This document shows, in pieces, positions 9,220-20,482 of a stretch of DNA of 64,000 nucleotides (positions are counted from its first letter, which is position 1; each line of letters begins with the position of its first letter). The notes beneath the pieces were generated by a model. It worked only from the letters and a program-made list of their open reading frames with translations. It was not told the DNA's origin and did no database searches. The translations under genes and the position numbers were made by a program. The stretch is from Oikopleura dioica (taxonomy: Eukaryota > Animalia > Chordata): assembly GCA_907165135.1 (NCBI GenBank), contig OU015570.1, positions 2,852,376 to 2,916,375 of the forward strand, given 5' to 3'.

Positions 9220-10418
9220 TCGAAAACAGAAAGGACACACAGACTGTATTATAAATTGTAAAAAATGGTCTCACTAATACTGTTAAGCGTCGTTTATTTC
9301 GAAAGAATTGTGACTAGGGAGGAGTCCTCCCTAAAACATTTTTCGCGATTTTTCAAATTAAAGCCCAGATGATTTCGTTTTTCAAGACAAATTAGAGTTA
9401 ATAACTGTGATAAAATATCAAATTTTGCCTTGAAATCAGTCATTTTCACAAATTGAACTCAAAACCGAATAGGCCTCACATAATTCCATTCATCAAATTT
9501 TCGGGAGGAGACCTCCCAAGGATAATTTCGGACAAAATGAGACGCTTTTTCGCGAAAGCAGAATTTATTTGAGAACAAATCAGAGAAGAATTACAGCTAA
9601 TTGATGCTAGCGCCAAATGAGTTTTTCGGGAGATTTTGTAGTTTTTATTTGATTTTTCTATTTCTAAAAAACATGTTAATATTGAGTAATTGGAACGACT
9701 TACTTTTTCATTCAGTAGAAAGAGATACTGAAAGAATCAGTTTCTGGAAGTTCGATTGATGTTGATTGGAAGAGACAAGTGATAACTTTTTGATGCACGA
9801 GGAACGTTTTCGATCGGAGTTAAGGGAACAAGGTCTTCCCTAGTAGAATTGGCCCGAGAGACTAAAACCATCAAAATTTTTCATCTAATCATTAAGAAGT
9901 AAAAACTTATTCAATCCATCTTAATGTACTTACAGCCGAGCACGACAGCTAAAAAGGTTGGATCGTTGAGAGCATTAGCTTCGTTGGACATCTCTATTTT
10001 CGTTGTTTTTAGTAGTTTCTCGATCAAAAACTATTTTGTGACGGTTTCTGATTCTCGAAAAGCTTGAGCTGCTTATATGCGAGATAAGAATCACAGGATT
10101 ATCAGTTCCTTGTTTTGACGGATGCATCAGAAATTTGTAAATTTAATTTACTCACGTCATATCAATAATAAGCGTCTCAATTTTTCAAATTATCGTAGAC
10201 TTTATCCTTATTTTTGACTTTCAAACTTAGAGTTGAATACTATCAAAAAGGGGATGAAAACTAGGCAACTTTGAATTATGGGAACTAGGCCACTTTTTAA
10301 TTAAGAGTATCAGCGTCTCAAAAATGAACTTTCCCAGGCATCGCGTTTATTAGAGTTCAACGCGCATTTAACAAATAATCAATTTTATTCAGCTCAATTT
10401 TTCAGGAAGATTCAGCAA

Positions 10419-11110
10419 ATGAGCAGAAGTACTCTGCTCTTATCGGACTCCATGTTTTCTTAATTACGCACATCATTTTTCGAAAAAGTCGACTGTATAT
10501 TATGCGCCTATCCAGGAAGCAATATACTGGATTTGAAACGACAGATTCGAAACGACTACCTTCCGCACCCCTTCAAAATCCGACGAATCATTGTTATGGT
10601 AGGAACCAACGATTTATTATCCAGAACCAAAGTAAGAGCCCCGTTACAAAAAATTCTAAATAAATATATAGATTTGATAAATAATATTCGAGAAAATTAT
10701 TGTTACGCAGACATTATTTGTATTTCATTGCTAAAGAGACACGATTCGGAAAACAAAAGACGAATCCAGTTTAACGAGTTGTTAAACAATGTCATCAAAA
10801 ATAAAAATAACCCAAAAATAACATTTTCTAATATTGCTTCATCCTTCGAAAAGGACCCAAAGTTCTCCAAGTACTTTTGGACAAATCGGATTCAGTCCAT
10901 TTATCGCACCTAGGCATACGTAAGCTTGAAGACCTTTTGCTCCTTATTATAACAAAAGAATATAATATCTGTTTTCCAAGCACTAACAAACAACTTCTAC
11001 TTTCCTGGACTCAAAGGAGGAAACAATCTAGCAAAAATAAAATTATAAGATTTAAAATAACCTCAACAAACGAGTACAAAAATGTAAGAGACGGATTTGT
11101 TGGAAAATAG
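10419..11110 (+). pseudogene. SGNH/GDSL hydrolase (esterase) pseudogene
   Basis: Block I LLSDSM (ATG 10419, in-frame TAA at 10461), block II AYPGS, block III VMVGTND and block V DSVHLSHLG after a frameshift in a T-run near 10875. Confidence 0.75.
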
Positions 11111-11959
11111 AAACGCTGTAAATTTTAAAATAAAAAGATGAGAATTTTCGTATTCTCCAACAAAAAAAGTATAAAACAAAAAGAGGAAAACACCTCCCGA
11201 GAAAAAAGAAAATTTTTTTTGTACATTTTATTGAAATTGTGCTCGATTACTTAGCTGTCCCTGACATTTTTTGTGTAAAGAAATGATTTTTCTGTAAATA
11301 GATGCTCTATAAAACTATCATACAAAAGAGGAGGAATCCTCCAACATAAAAATTACAAAATTTAAAACTTCATTGAACAAAAAAATATTCAAAAACTACA
11401 AAAAGATCGACAAAATGGTCGCAAAAATATCTACTGTATAATTTATAAGACTGAAAATTTTCCTTAAAGCAAACTTTATTGCTGTATTTTTATAAATTTT
11501 AACTGCTCTTCATTTACGCTCAATTTCTATGTTTCACACGTAAACTTTTATTGAAAACTTGTATTTTCTGATTTTTTCATAATTATTCTTGACGTATTAT
11601 TTAAACTTAGTTTAAATATTTTTTTTTCTGCAAAACTAACAAAATTTATCTTTGGAGGGAGGAGAAGGTAAACCAAACAAAATTTTCAAAGCTCAACGAA
11701 CAAACTATCGAACGAACCCTGATTTGATTTCTCAAGCCACAAGAACAGTGTTTCAAAAGAACTAGAAGGGGGTTGGATAGAGAATGAACAATTACGATCC
11801 AAAAAATGGCGCGCAGGCGCTCGTGAGCAGGACGCTCACCGACGAAGACTAAGCGACAAAAATGATAACTTCACTCACTCCACCCAACTGTTCAAGAGAT
11901 ATTAACATTAAATAAATCAAGTGTAAATTTACTAGGTGGATTCATTCTTATCAATTAGC

Positions 11960-14050
11960 AAGTATATCAGCAAGTCAAACACCTGTTAGCCGCCGGCCCA
12001 CACCAGTCATTAGGAAAGCAGTCTTTGCCAGTATAGTCTATCAGGAATAACCTGTTTAATCTCAATAATCGTGTTTCACATCGATACTGTTCTCAACGCC
12101 GTATGAAGGCTGAATTCGGGAAGAAAGGTTGAGATAATCTTACGCATCTCCCTCGTTATCAGGGACACCATTTGGGACGTGAAGGGGATAGAAACTGTAA
12201 AATTCCTCTCCGGATGCAAACTTTTTCCTCTTTCCAATCTTTCTTGTCAACCCTTCCCTCTTTCACCACCTTTTCTACATCGAGGATCATTTCTAAGGGA
12301 TATTCTTGGGCGAGATATTTTTCCTCTATCTCTGTAAACTCATCCCCCAGGGTTTTCGGATCTGAGTGTTTATATAAAGCCCTTTTATATTCTGACGTAA
12401 GAATACCCTTTTTCAATGACAAAGGAGCACTGTCATTTACAAAATTCAATGGAACAAAGTGTTTTTGATGATAACGAATTTGCAGGGTGTTTGTATCCGA
12501 GATATAGACCACAAAGTCGAGAAATTTAATCCCTTCAGGACTTGACCTTTCGACAGTTACTTTTAAGGACTCATGCAAATTTTGAAAAACTTCATTGACT
12601 TTTTCGAACAAGCCGCGCCGAAAAAAGACAATCGTATCGTCAAGAAATCTTTTATAGCCTAAAATAAATTTTTCCGAAATGAGTTTTTCGATCTTATTTT
12701 TCTCAAGCATAAACAGAAAGAAATCCGCTTATTTTGGAGAACTACTTTCGCTCATTGATAGACCCGATATCTGACGATAAGTTCTGTCTGCGAACCGAAA
12801 TGCAGTTAGTTTTTTCAAAATTGAATCCAATATATTCGGAGAACATTTTTAGGAATTGGTCTAAGGAATATTTTATTGTCATCCCAAAATCAAGGTAACA
12901 TTTTAGATGGCGAATTATCGTCATAAATTTTTTTCAATAGGAGATTAATCAGAAGAGATGTATCGCAGCTTGGGTAGAGTTTTACTATATCGAAACTTGC
13001 AAAATCAACCTCATCAAAATTGAATTATTGTTTTGTAAACCATAAGCCGAATTCTTTAGACTCACAGAGTGAGAATTTGCTTTTGAGATTTTTAAATTAT
13101 TTTGCCAAAAAATTTTTATGAAAATTTTCACAAACAGAATTTCTTGCTGAAACAATAGTTCTCATATTAAGCTCCTGCTCAAAAGTTTCTTTATGGCATT
13201 TGCCAAGTCCATATGCATCTTTTATCCTCGAAACCGGTTTGTTTCTATTGAAAAAAATTTTGTCCGCAAATTTTTCCATTTTGCGTAAATTTTGCCTCAT
13301 TTACAAAGTGTCCTCCTCAGTTGGATCGGAATTAAGTTGAATAAATTTTTTCTTATCTGAAAATTCTCGATGCATAGAGTTCTCGTATTGAGAACGGTCC
13401 AAAATTAAAATAACTGAGTCTTTGTCCGCTAAAACAAATACAATTTCCCTGTTTTCCCGTAAATACTGTCTTATCGTCCTGTTACTATTATCATTAACAA
13501 AACAAGTAGTTATTTTTTGTGAATCGCAGTCAATCTTCCTTTTAAGAGAAATTGAGTCATTGGTGTGAGTTGTTGAAATTTATCGTATTTTTTTAAATGG
13601 CCCATCAGGCTATCAAATTATTGGAGCAAATTTATCGAGTGCGGTCGCCCGCCCAAAGGGGCCTTCCAACCTCTTTCTAGAATGTGAATCATATTAGAAG
13701 GAATTTGTTTTTTTGAAATATTTTTTACTTAATATTAAAGTGGTTTGCGAAATGATTGTTGAATTTTTAATTTGCCAAATTTTAATTGTCTTTTTCTGTC
13801 GCGTTCCTCATCTCTGATTCTTGCGCGATTTTCTTAATCCAAAATTATTCTCATTTTTCTTTTTCACAACCAATACCTTCTTTGTCAAAAAATTTGGATA
13901 GACTTTCATTGAATAATATGCGAATTTCCTCCAGTTTGCTACTACAGATTTTTTGTTCATTTATTAAAATTTTTAATCGTTCCCGCTAAAATCTTTTACG
14001 ACCCAATTTACAAAATTTTACCACTTGAACGGGGATTTTGGTAAAAATTG
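11960..14050 (-). pseudogene. Penelope-like element (PLE) reverse transcriptase, disrupted
   Basis: PLE motifs in order on the minus strand: IPSNMIHILERGW, IVFVLADKDSVILILDRSQY, AYGLGKCHK…MRTIVS, SFDIVKLYPS (A), QISGLSMSESSSPK*ADFF (B), YKRFLDD (C), NLHESLKVTVE…IKFLDF and the thumb QEYP. Several stops and frameshifts. Confidence 0.85.
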
Positions 14051-14055
14051 ATGGT

Positions 14056-14683
14056 ACAACCATCCCTTCAAACAGTGTTTTAGAGAATTTAACCCATTTA
14101 AAACTCGAAAATTTGAGTAAGAGTAAAATTGAGTAGGAGCCTCTGACAAATTTTCGCGTTTTTAACCCGTTAACAGGCGCGCGGCAGTCTCACGGCCACG
14201 CAGCATTTGAAGAGCGATAAGATGAGCAAAACTCTATTTTATATTGGAAATTTTTTGTATTTTTTGAAAATTCAATCGATTCTCTAATTGTTAGTTTAAT
14301 TAAAAGAAAAATCCGCATAAAATTCTGGTCGGGGAAAGCGAAAGAAAAAGTTCAGTCGGCGAAGAAAAGGGAAAGAGTAATACAAATCGCCCGCCTTTTC
14401 CCTTCTTTCCCTTTTTTCCAATCTCAGCGCCGAAAATGACGTAACTTTGACCTCATTTTTCACCCCTAAACGAATCGGAAAAATAATAAAACAATATGTA
14501 GAAGAAAGAGAAGACGCTTCTGAATCTGTTATTTTCTTTGAAATTAATTTTTCTTGTCCCTTTTTCTCGGAATTCATCAAAAGGTGCGTGGACTTTAGAC
14601 TGGCACGCGCCCGTTAAAGCATAAGATCGGATGCCCAGTTAACGGGTTAAATTCTCTAGAACACTGTTTGAAGGAATGGTTGT
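14056..14683. mobile_element. Nested inverted-repeat MITE structure with TTAA-bounded (piggyBac-like) core
   Basis: Outer IR of about 40 bp (14056-14095 / 14644-14683), TTAA-CCCGTTAAC / GTTAACGGG-TTAA (14162-14174 / 14638-14650), and an inner imperfect IR (14170-14202 / 14585-14617). Confidence 0.65.
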
Positions 14684-14770
14684 TTTTGGGAGCTTGATCA
14701 GTTCTGCAGTTTTCACGAAAAGGTACGTTTGTATGCTTTTTGGAAGGTTTACAAGTAACTCCAAGACTTC

Positions 14771-14813
14771 GGCTCTGATGATGGAACTTTTGCTGTTCCG
14801 AAAACGTTAAGCC
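14771..14813 (+). ncRNA. Minimal type I hammerhead ribozyme
   Basis: GGCT-CTGATGA-T-GGAAC(TTTTGCT)GTTCC-GAA-AACGTT-A-AGCC: 4-bp stem I, 5-bp stem II, palindromic stem III, UA cleavage site after 14809. AATAAA at 14820-14825. Confidence 0.85.
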
Positions 14814-15009
14814 ACTGCAAATAAAACGAACTCATTTATCGACGAGATGTCATCATTTATCAATTAAAAGTGATCGTTGATAAATTTTAAAGCGACTTTG
14901 AAATTTTTTTAAAGTGTTTATTTGGCATTTTCAAAAGAATTGAAGAAGTTTTGATATTTGACCCCGTATAAGCGTGATTTACATAAACAAAGACCATCAC
15001 TAAACAAAT

Positions 15010-15489
15010 GGGAGACACTGACGCCGGCCGCCCCAGCCCGCCCAGACTGACGCCGGCCGGTCCATTATTTTAAATTTTTCAAATCTATTTTATCTATATG
15101 AAATGATGTTTTATTGTAGAAAAACATATTCGTTGGATTATGGAATGGAATTTTCATGGTATTCCGTTGAATTTAGGTTATTTGTTGGAAATAACGCATT
15201 TTTTGCTTATTTTAGCGGTTAAATATAGTTTTATGGCTAAAAGGGTCGAAATTGAGAACTCGACGGGCCTACGGCCCTTTCGCGCGCATATTCTGGTAGA
15301 AAACTCATTGTGTTGGCGGGGCCCAACTCTCGCTCTACCTCAGAACGAATATCGGACTTTTTCGAATTTTCGAAAAAACATAGTTTCTAGAATGTTTTTG
15401 TCTGGCACCGGCCGGTCCAAAGGGGGAAGTTTTCAAAAAGCGGCCGGGGCGGCCCTGGGCGGCCGCGGACGGCCGGCGTCAGTGTCCCC
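15010..15489. mobile_element. GC-rich-TIR MITE (MULE-like)
   Basis: TIR GGG(A)GACACTGACGCCGGCCG at both ends. Flanks TAAACAAAT / GAAACAAAT give a 9-bp TSD with one mismatch, or an 8-bp perfect one. Confidence 0.7.
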
Positions 15490-15740
15490 GAAACAAATTA
15501 ACATCAGCTCAGAATGCGAAAACTGGTTAAAATTCTTTTTCGATTTTATGGGCTTTAATCAAGCTGAAAATGCGAAAAATAGAATAGCCTATCGACGATA
15601 TTATATAATATAATTGATTTTTTATTAAACATAAGCGAATTATGTTTTTATGTTTTTAATACTTGCCTTCATTCGAAATCGTCCACTCTAGGTGAGAGAT
15701 TGTTTTTCCTGTTTTTTGAACTTTCATTTAAATCTGTACT

Positions 15741-15781
15741 TAGGGCTGACGAAGGCCCCTTGAGGCCGAAACGCGTCCCAA
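15741..15781 (+). ncRNA. Minimal type I hammerhead ribozyme (second, unrelated flanks)
   Basis: TAGGG-CTGACGA-A-GGCC(CCTTGA)GGCC-GAA-ACGCGT-C-CC: full core, 4-bp stem II, palindromic stem III ACGCGT, GUC site. Stem I is only 2-3 bp. AATAAA immediately downstream. Confidence 0.7.
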
Positions 15782-16211
15782 ATAAATTTCAATCATAAAT
15801 ACATGAGAGGTCAACATTGACTATCTTTTCGAAAAAAGCCAATTCTAGACCGCGCTCAAAGCCAAAAAAGCTAAGATATTCAAATTCTCTCAAAAGCTGA
15901 AGATAGAGCAAAGTTAGATCTAGCAACATTTTTCTTAAAAAATTTTTTCGTCAGTAAATTTTCGCGGTAGAGAGCGAAACACCAAGCGATCTCATCAAAA
16001 ATCGCCATTTTTGCCTATTCGCGTCCTCAAATTTCTCGAATCACGTGACTAGCCAAATCTTTTATTCCATTTTAAGATAGTTCAACCCTTTTTCTCGCAA
16101 TATCTATGAGGAAATTTCGTTAGCATAAGTAAAAACAGGTTTTACTTATTTGAAGTGGCTCTCGAAAATCACTTACATGTATCTTCGGAAAATCTAGTTC
16201 TACCCCCTTAA

Positions 16212-16638
16212 CCGTATCTCGAGCGCGAGCACACTTTCTGAGCTCGCGATAGTTGTTGTATTACGATTTTCTTCCATTTTTGAGATAATCAAAAAATTCA
16301 AAAAAACTTAGAATCTTTCGCTATTTTTACGTTTACAACAGATTTCTTCGAAAAAAATTATCAACTGCTTTTCGAATTAAACGTAAAATTGTCCGTAAAA
16401 ATGCGAATTTTTGTCTCTAGATGGCCTTTATTGTAACAAATTTGAGTGAAAAAGAGACATTTTCTCTCTAGACCGGGCTGACATGTCGTCTCTGAGACTT
16501 GGAAAACAGGAGGAGAAGCCTCTTGAAAGAAAATAATGCGTTCTAATTGGTTAGATTTGCTTAAATTTTCTCTAGAGGCCGAGCTCAAAAATTGTGCTCG
16601 CGTCCGAGAATGGGTGATCGCAAGTGCTCGAGCTACGG
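16212..16638. mobile_element. piggyBac-like MITE
   Basis: TTAA TSD on both sides, TIR CCGTA(T/G)CTCGAGC, and subterminal IR GCGAGCAC…TGAGCTCG (about 16223-16246 / 16579-16602). Confidence 0.7.
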
Positions 16639-16794
16639 TTAATTTGATGCAAGTATTATATCAAGTTTTCGTGTATCGACGATACAGTATCGTTAGTCAA
16701 ACATAAGAAACTAGCTGGAAGAGTTAAATGAAAAGTTTGATTGCATCGAGTAGGTCTGCCAGACGCCAGAAAACTACGAGTATGTCGCATTGAC

Positions 16795-17044
16795 GGGTGG
16801 CGGGCGGCCCCGTTCAAAATCGTTTTTTGGGCCGATTTTTTGAACGGCGTTCAAAAATTCCGAAGAATATTGTTCAGAAAATTGACTCAAATGATAAACA
16901 TCGTGTAAGTAGAGGAAGTTGGCATCATATTTGATGAGTTTTCTTGCAAATCAGGCGCGGAGCGCATATGAGCTCATTTTTATGAAGATTTTTGGAAATT
17001 TTTTGAACGGCGTTCAAAATTTAGAACGTAGCCGCCCTACACCC
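16795..17044. mobile_element. Small MITE with GG termini
   Basis: Imperfect TIR GGGTG..GGGCGGC..CGTTC, 8-bp TSD GCATTGAC/GCGTTGAC (1 mismatch), and two internal TTTGAACGGCGTTCAAA palindromes. Confidence 0.6.
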
Positions 17045-17824
17045 GCGTTGACTCATCGCAATTTTGAACATACAAGGAAGTTTCAGCCAGAACCAATTTC
17101 ATATTAAACCCAAATGATTATAATATCGACTGATTATTAAGTAGGGTTCATAAAGAACGCAAAATAAGTTATGATCTGCTAAGAAAAATTTTTTCCTTAT
17201 TTGAGAAAATTTTTGAGCAAAAATGATATCGTCGGCAGCCAAAAAGCGTTCATTGAAAAAGCCCACGCAATCGAAACCCTCATTAGCACAGAGCCTCACT
17301 GGCACAAAAGCCTCTTTTGCACATATTGTGAAAATAAAGCTCTTGTGCAGATGAGGCTCTGTGCAAATAGAGCTATTTTTTTTGGAAAATTATCAGTGAT
17401 TCAAGGCGAATCTATTGGTCGCCTTTATTTTTTTCCATCTGATTGCTAAAAATTTTTTGAAGGAAATGGACGAAAAAGGGATGAATAACAATAGAGATTC
17501 TTCCCCAAAAAAAAAATTACAATGATTTTTCGGTCATGCTTTGTTTGTGTGAGCCGTCATAATCAGATAAAGTTAATATTGGTACGATCTTTACGGTCAG
17601 CGATTTTAAGGTTATTTCGGTCATCAGTTGTCTTTTTAGTTATCCTTAGCGCTACTCTCATCTCAGCAACAAACCGAAACGGTTTATTGACCGAGAATTA
17701 TCACAGAGTGTAAGAGATAATTTGATTGCTGCGGAATTTTAAGGCGTGTTTAGACAAGAAGATAAAAAAGAATTTCGATGCGTTTTTCGGTGTTTTTTTT
17801 ATTTAAGTAAGTAATTTTGGTCAA

Positions 17825-18252
17825 CACTGGTTATGTCGCAAAATGTCGCCGAATGTCGCCGAATGTCGCCGAATGTCGCCGAATGTCGCCACCTATTTTC
17901 GAAAACCAGGATTTTTGAAGAGAAAACTTGTTTTTAACCCAGAAATTTCAAAACAAACTTGTTCTAGAATTTTTTTAGCATAGATTCGAGACAAGGAAGC
18001 GCTCCGCGCGATTTGTGGTAGAAAACTCACTGGTCGGGCTGGACTCACGTCTATTGCCGCGCCTCCTACTATTACCGCCTTATTCGTTTCTAGAACAAGT
18101 TTGTATTGAAAATTTAGGCCTAAAAAAACAATTTTTCTTTCATAATACCTATTTTTTAAAATATGTGGCGACATTCGGCGACATTCGGCGACATTCGGCG
18201 ACATTCAGCGACAATCGGCGACATTCGGCGACATTCGGCGACATAACCAGTG
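17825..18252. mobile_element. Foldback element with (GAATGTCGCC)n minisatellite arms
   Basis: TIR CACTGGTTATGTCGC, followed by tandem 10-mers, inverted at the right end. No TSD found. Confidence 0.65.
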
Positions 18253-20482
18253 CGCCCCGTAATTTTAAATGCTTAAGTAGTTTTCAATGCATTTCGAAGC
18301 GTTTATAAATTTTCTAAAAATATTTATCGACGATTTCAGGAAAATTTTCTTAAAAGTGATTATTAATGCATTCTAGGGGTAGGGTACACGGTCAAGTCTC
18401 AGAATCGGTTCTTGACCATTTCTTCTGAATCTTCATGAAATTCTGAGCAAAACACCCTGTATGAGTATTTTCTCTATCTCGACCCATTTTCGCAAAAATT
18501 GCAGTTGTAAATGGTAAAATTAATGCATTTTGGCTAGAAGGCGGAAATTTTAAAATTTTTACAATTAAAATGGACAGAAAATCGTGAGCGTGCATCCGTC
18601 TAACGAATAGGGTAAAAATCAAATAAATATTTAAACCCGCTTTTACGCAATATAAGCTAAATTGCATTCCAAAAAGACTAGAAAATATTTTTACCAATAT
18701 TTTTTCGTTTGATGCTGATTTGCATTCAAAAAAGTCCAAAAATATTTTAACCCCTTTTCTCGCGTTTTGAGCTGATTTGCAGTCCAAAAAAAATTGACCC
18801 TTTTTTTTGACAGCAACACAGGCGGAAATTCGAAAAAACAGGCTTTAATATTTTTTAAATTTCTTGGACTTATTATCAACTTTAAACCGTGCACGCAGTG
18901 CATCAGTGTCACGCATAGACTGGGTCCGTACACAAAAATTCTAACTTTTTTATCCATCAAGTAAATGATTTATAATTTTTAGGGGTTAATTAGATGGCCT
19001 TAACAAATATAAAAAAAAACATTTTTTCATAAATTTTGAAAAAGGGTTGAGGAGTAAATCGCCAAAATAGGCTGAAAAAAGGCCTTCTCCATCGATTTAA
19101 AAAAATTATATAATTTCAAGTTATGTAAAAAGGGGGATTTTTACTTTAATCTTCCATAAAAAAGTTTGAAACACGTAGAGAACATGTTCAAATTGACGAA
19201 GAAAGCTCAGGAATGCGCCTTTTTGCGGCGTGCCGCGCGTGCAGCGCCTCACTTTTCTTATTTGGATGTCGTAGGGTGAGACTCAACGTAATCATGATGG
19301 TGACTCAACGTAAAAAGAAAAATACCACGCTCAGAATAATTTGAAAATATAAAAGGTTTTTTATTTATATTAATTAAATGTAAACTCATTAAAATTAAGT
19401 CTTTAAATAATAAAATAAATTTAGAATAAAAACAAATTTTAATTTGAATAAAATATTAATCTTTTTTTAATAAATCATATTATGAATTAATAGTAAATTA
19501 TAATTTCTCAGCCCCATCCATGGCAAATTTAAATTAAGGTGCTTGACGGCCCTTCGGGCCGTCTCATCCCCATTCCTGGCAAATTTAAATTAAGGGGCCT
19601 GACAAAGGCCGGTCCAGTCCCCAACCCCTCCCACTCCCTTTTCCAAATTTATTTTTATTCAACCGTTTTTATTTTTTCTTATGGTTTATGTTTAATTTTA
19701 AAAAAGCTCCCCTCACCCATAATTTGTCTTGAAAATTATTTATCAATATCAAATGATTATTATTTTTGAAAAAACTAAGAGAGCTTTATTATCTAGCTCT
19801 CAAATTTTCGCAAATTTGCGCGGCCACATCGGCGAAATTTACAGTTTTTTGTAAATTACGGGCGAGGGAGTGGGTGTTTCAGATTTTTAAAACGAATTTG
19901 AGTTAAGCTCGTTCTTCCGGTCATATTTGTACCTTCAAATTTTTTGAAGTCGATGGAGAGCATATTGAACCCGAAAATGCCCATTATTGACTCATCATAT
20001 CTTTTCAACCCTTTAGTTTAGGAAAAATTAGAAGAGCAAAATCACTTAGATAAACTGTTTTTTAATAATAACATATATAATAATATATATAATAATAACA
20101 TTATAATATAACATATTAGAAAATCAAAAGATCGAGCGATTATTTCGGGTACCTAATTTTTGTGTACGGACCCTACCCATAGGGTAAAAATCAAATATAT
20201 ATTCAAACTCGCTTTCACGCAATTTAAGCTAAATTGCATTCCAAAAAACTAGAAAATATTTTTACCCATGTTTTTCGTTTGATGCTGATTTGCAGTCAAA
20301 AAGTCCAAAAATATTTTATCCCCTTTTCTCGCGTTTTGAGCTGATTTGCAGTCCAAAAATAATTGACCTTTTTTGACAGCAAATCAGGCGGAAATTCGAA
20401 AAACAGGCTTTAATATTTTTTGAATTTCTTGGACTTATTATCAACTTTAAACCGTGCACGCAGTGCATCCGTGTCACGCATA

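Noticed and set aside
9300-11700. 3' LTR/PPT of the env-bearing element
   Set aside because: Purine runs (9316, about 11654) are not followed by TG, and no second LTR copy exists in the window to define boundaries.
11823-11849. GTGAGC-AGGAC-GCTCAC hairpin as the PLE 3' hammerhead
   Set aside because: Lacks the CTGANGA and GAAA cores on either strand.
17286-17364. 13-bp inverted repeat GCACAGAGCCTCA/TGAGGCTCTGTGC and the 82-aa ORF over it
   Set aside because: No TSD or element boundaries could be defined, and the ORF has no motif. Probably MITE debris.
19545-19600. Helitron 3' end
   Set aside because: The hairpin is present, but there is no CTRR terminus at the expected distance on either strand and no Rep/helicase.
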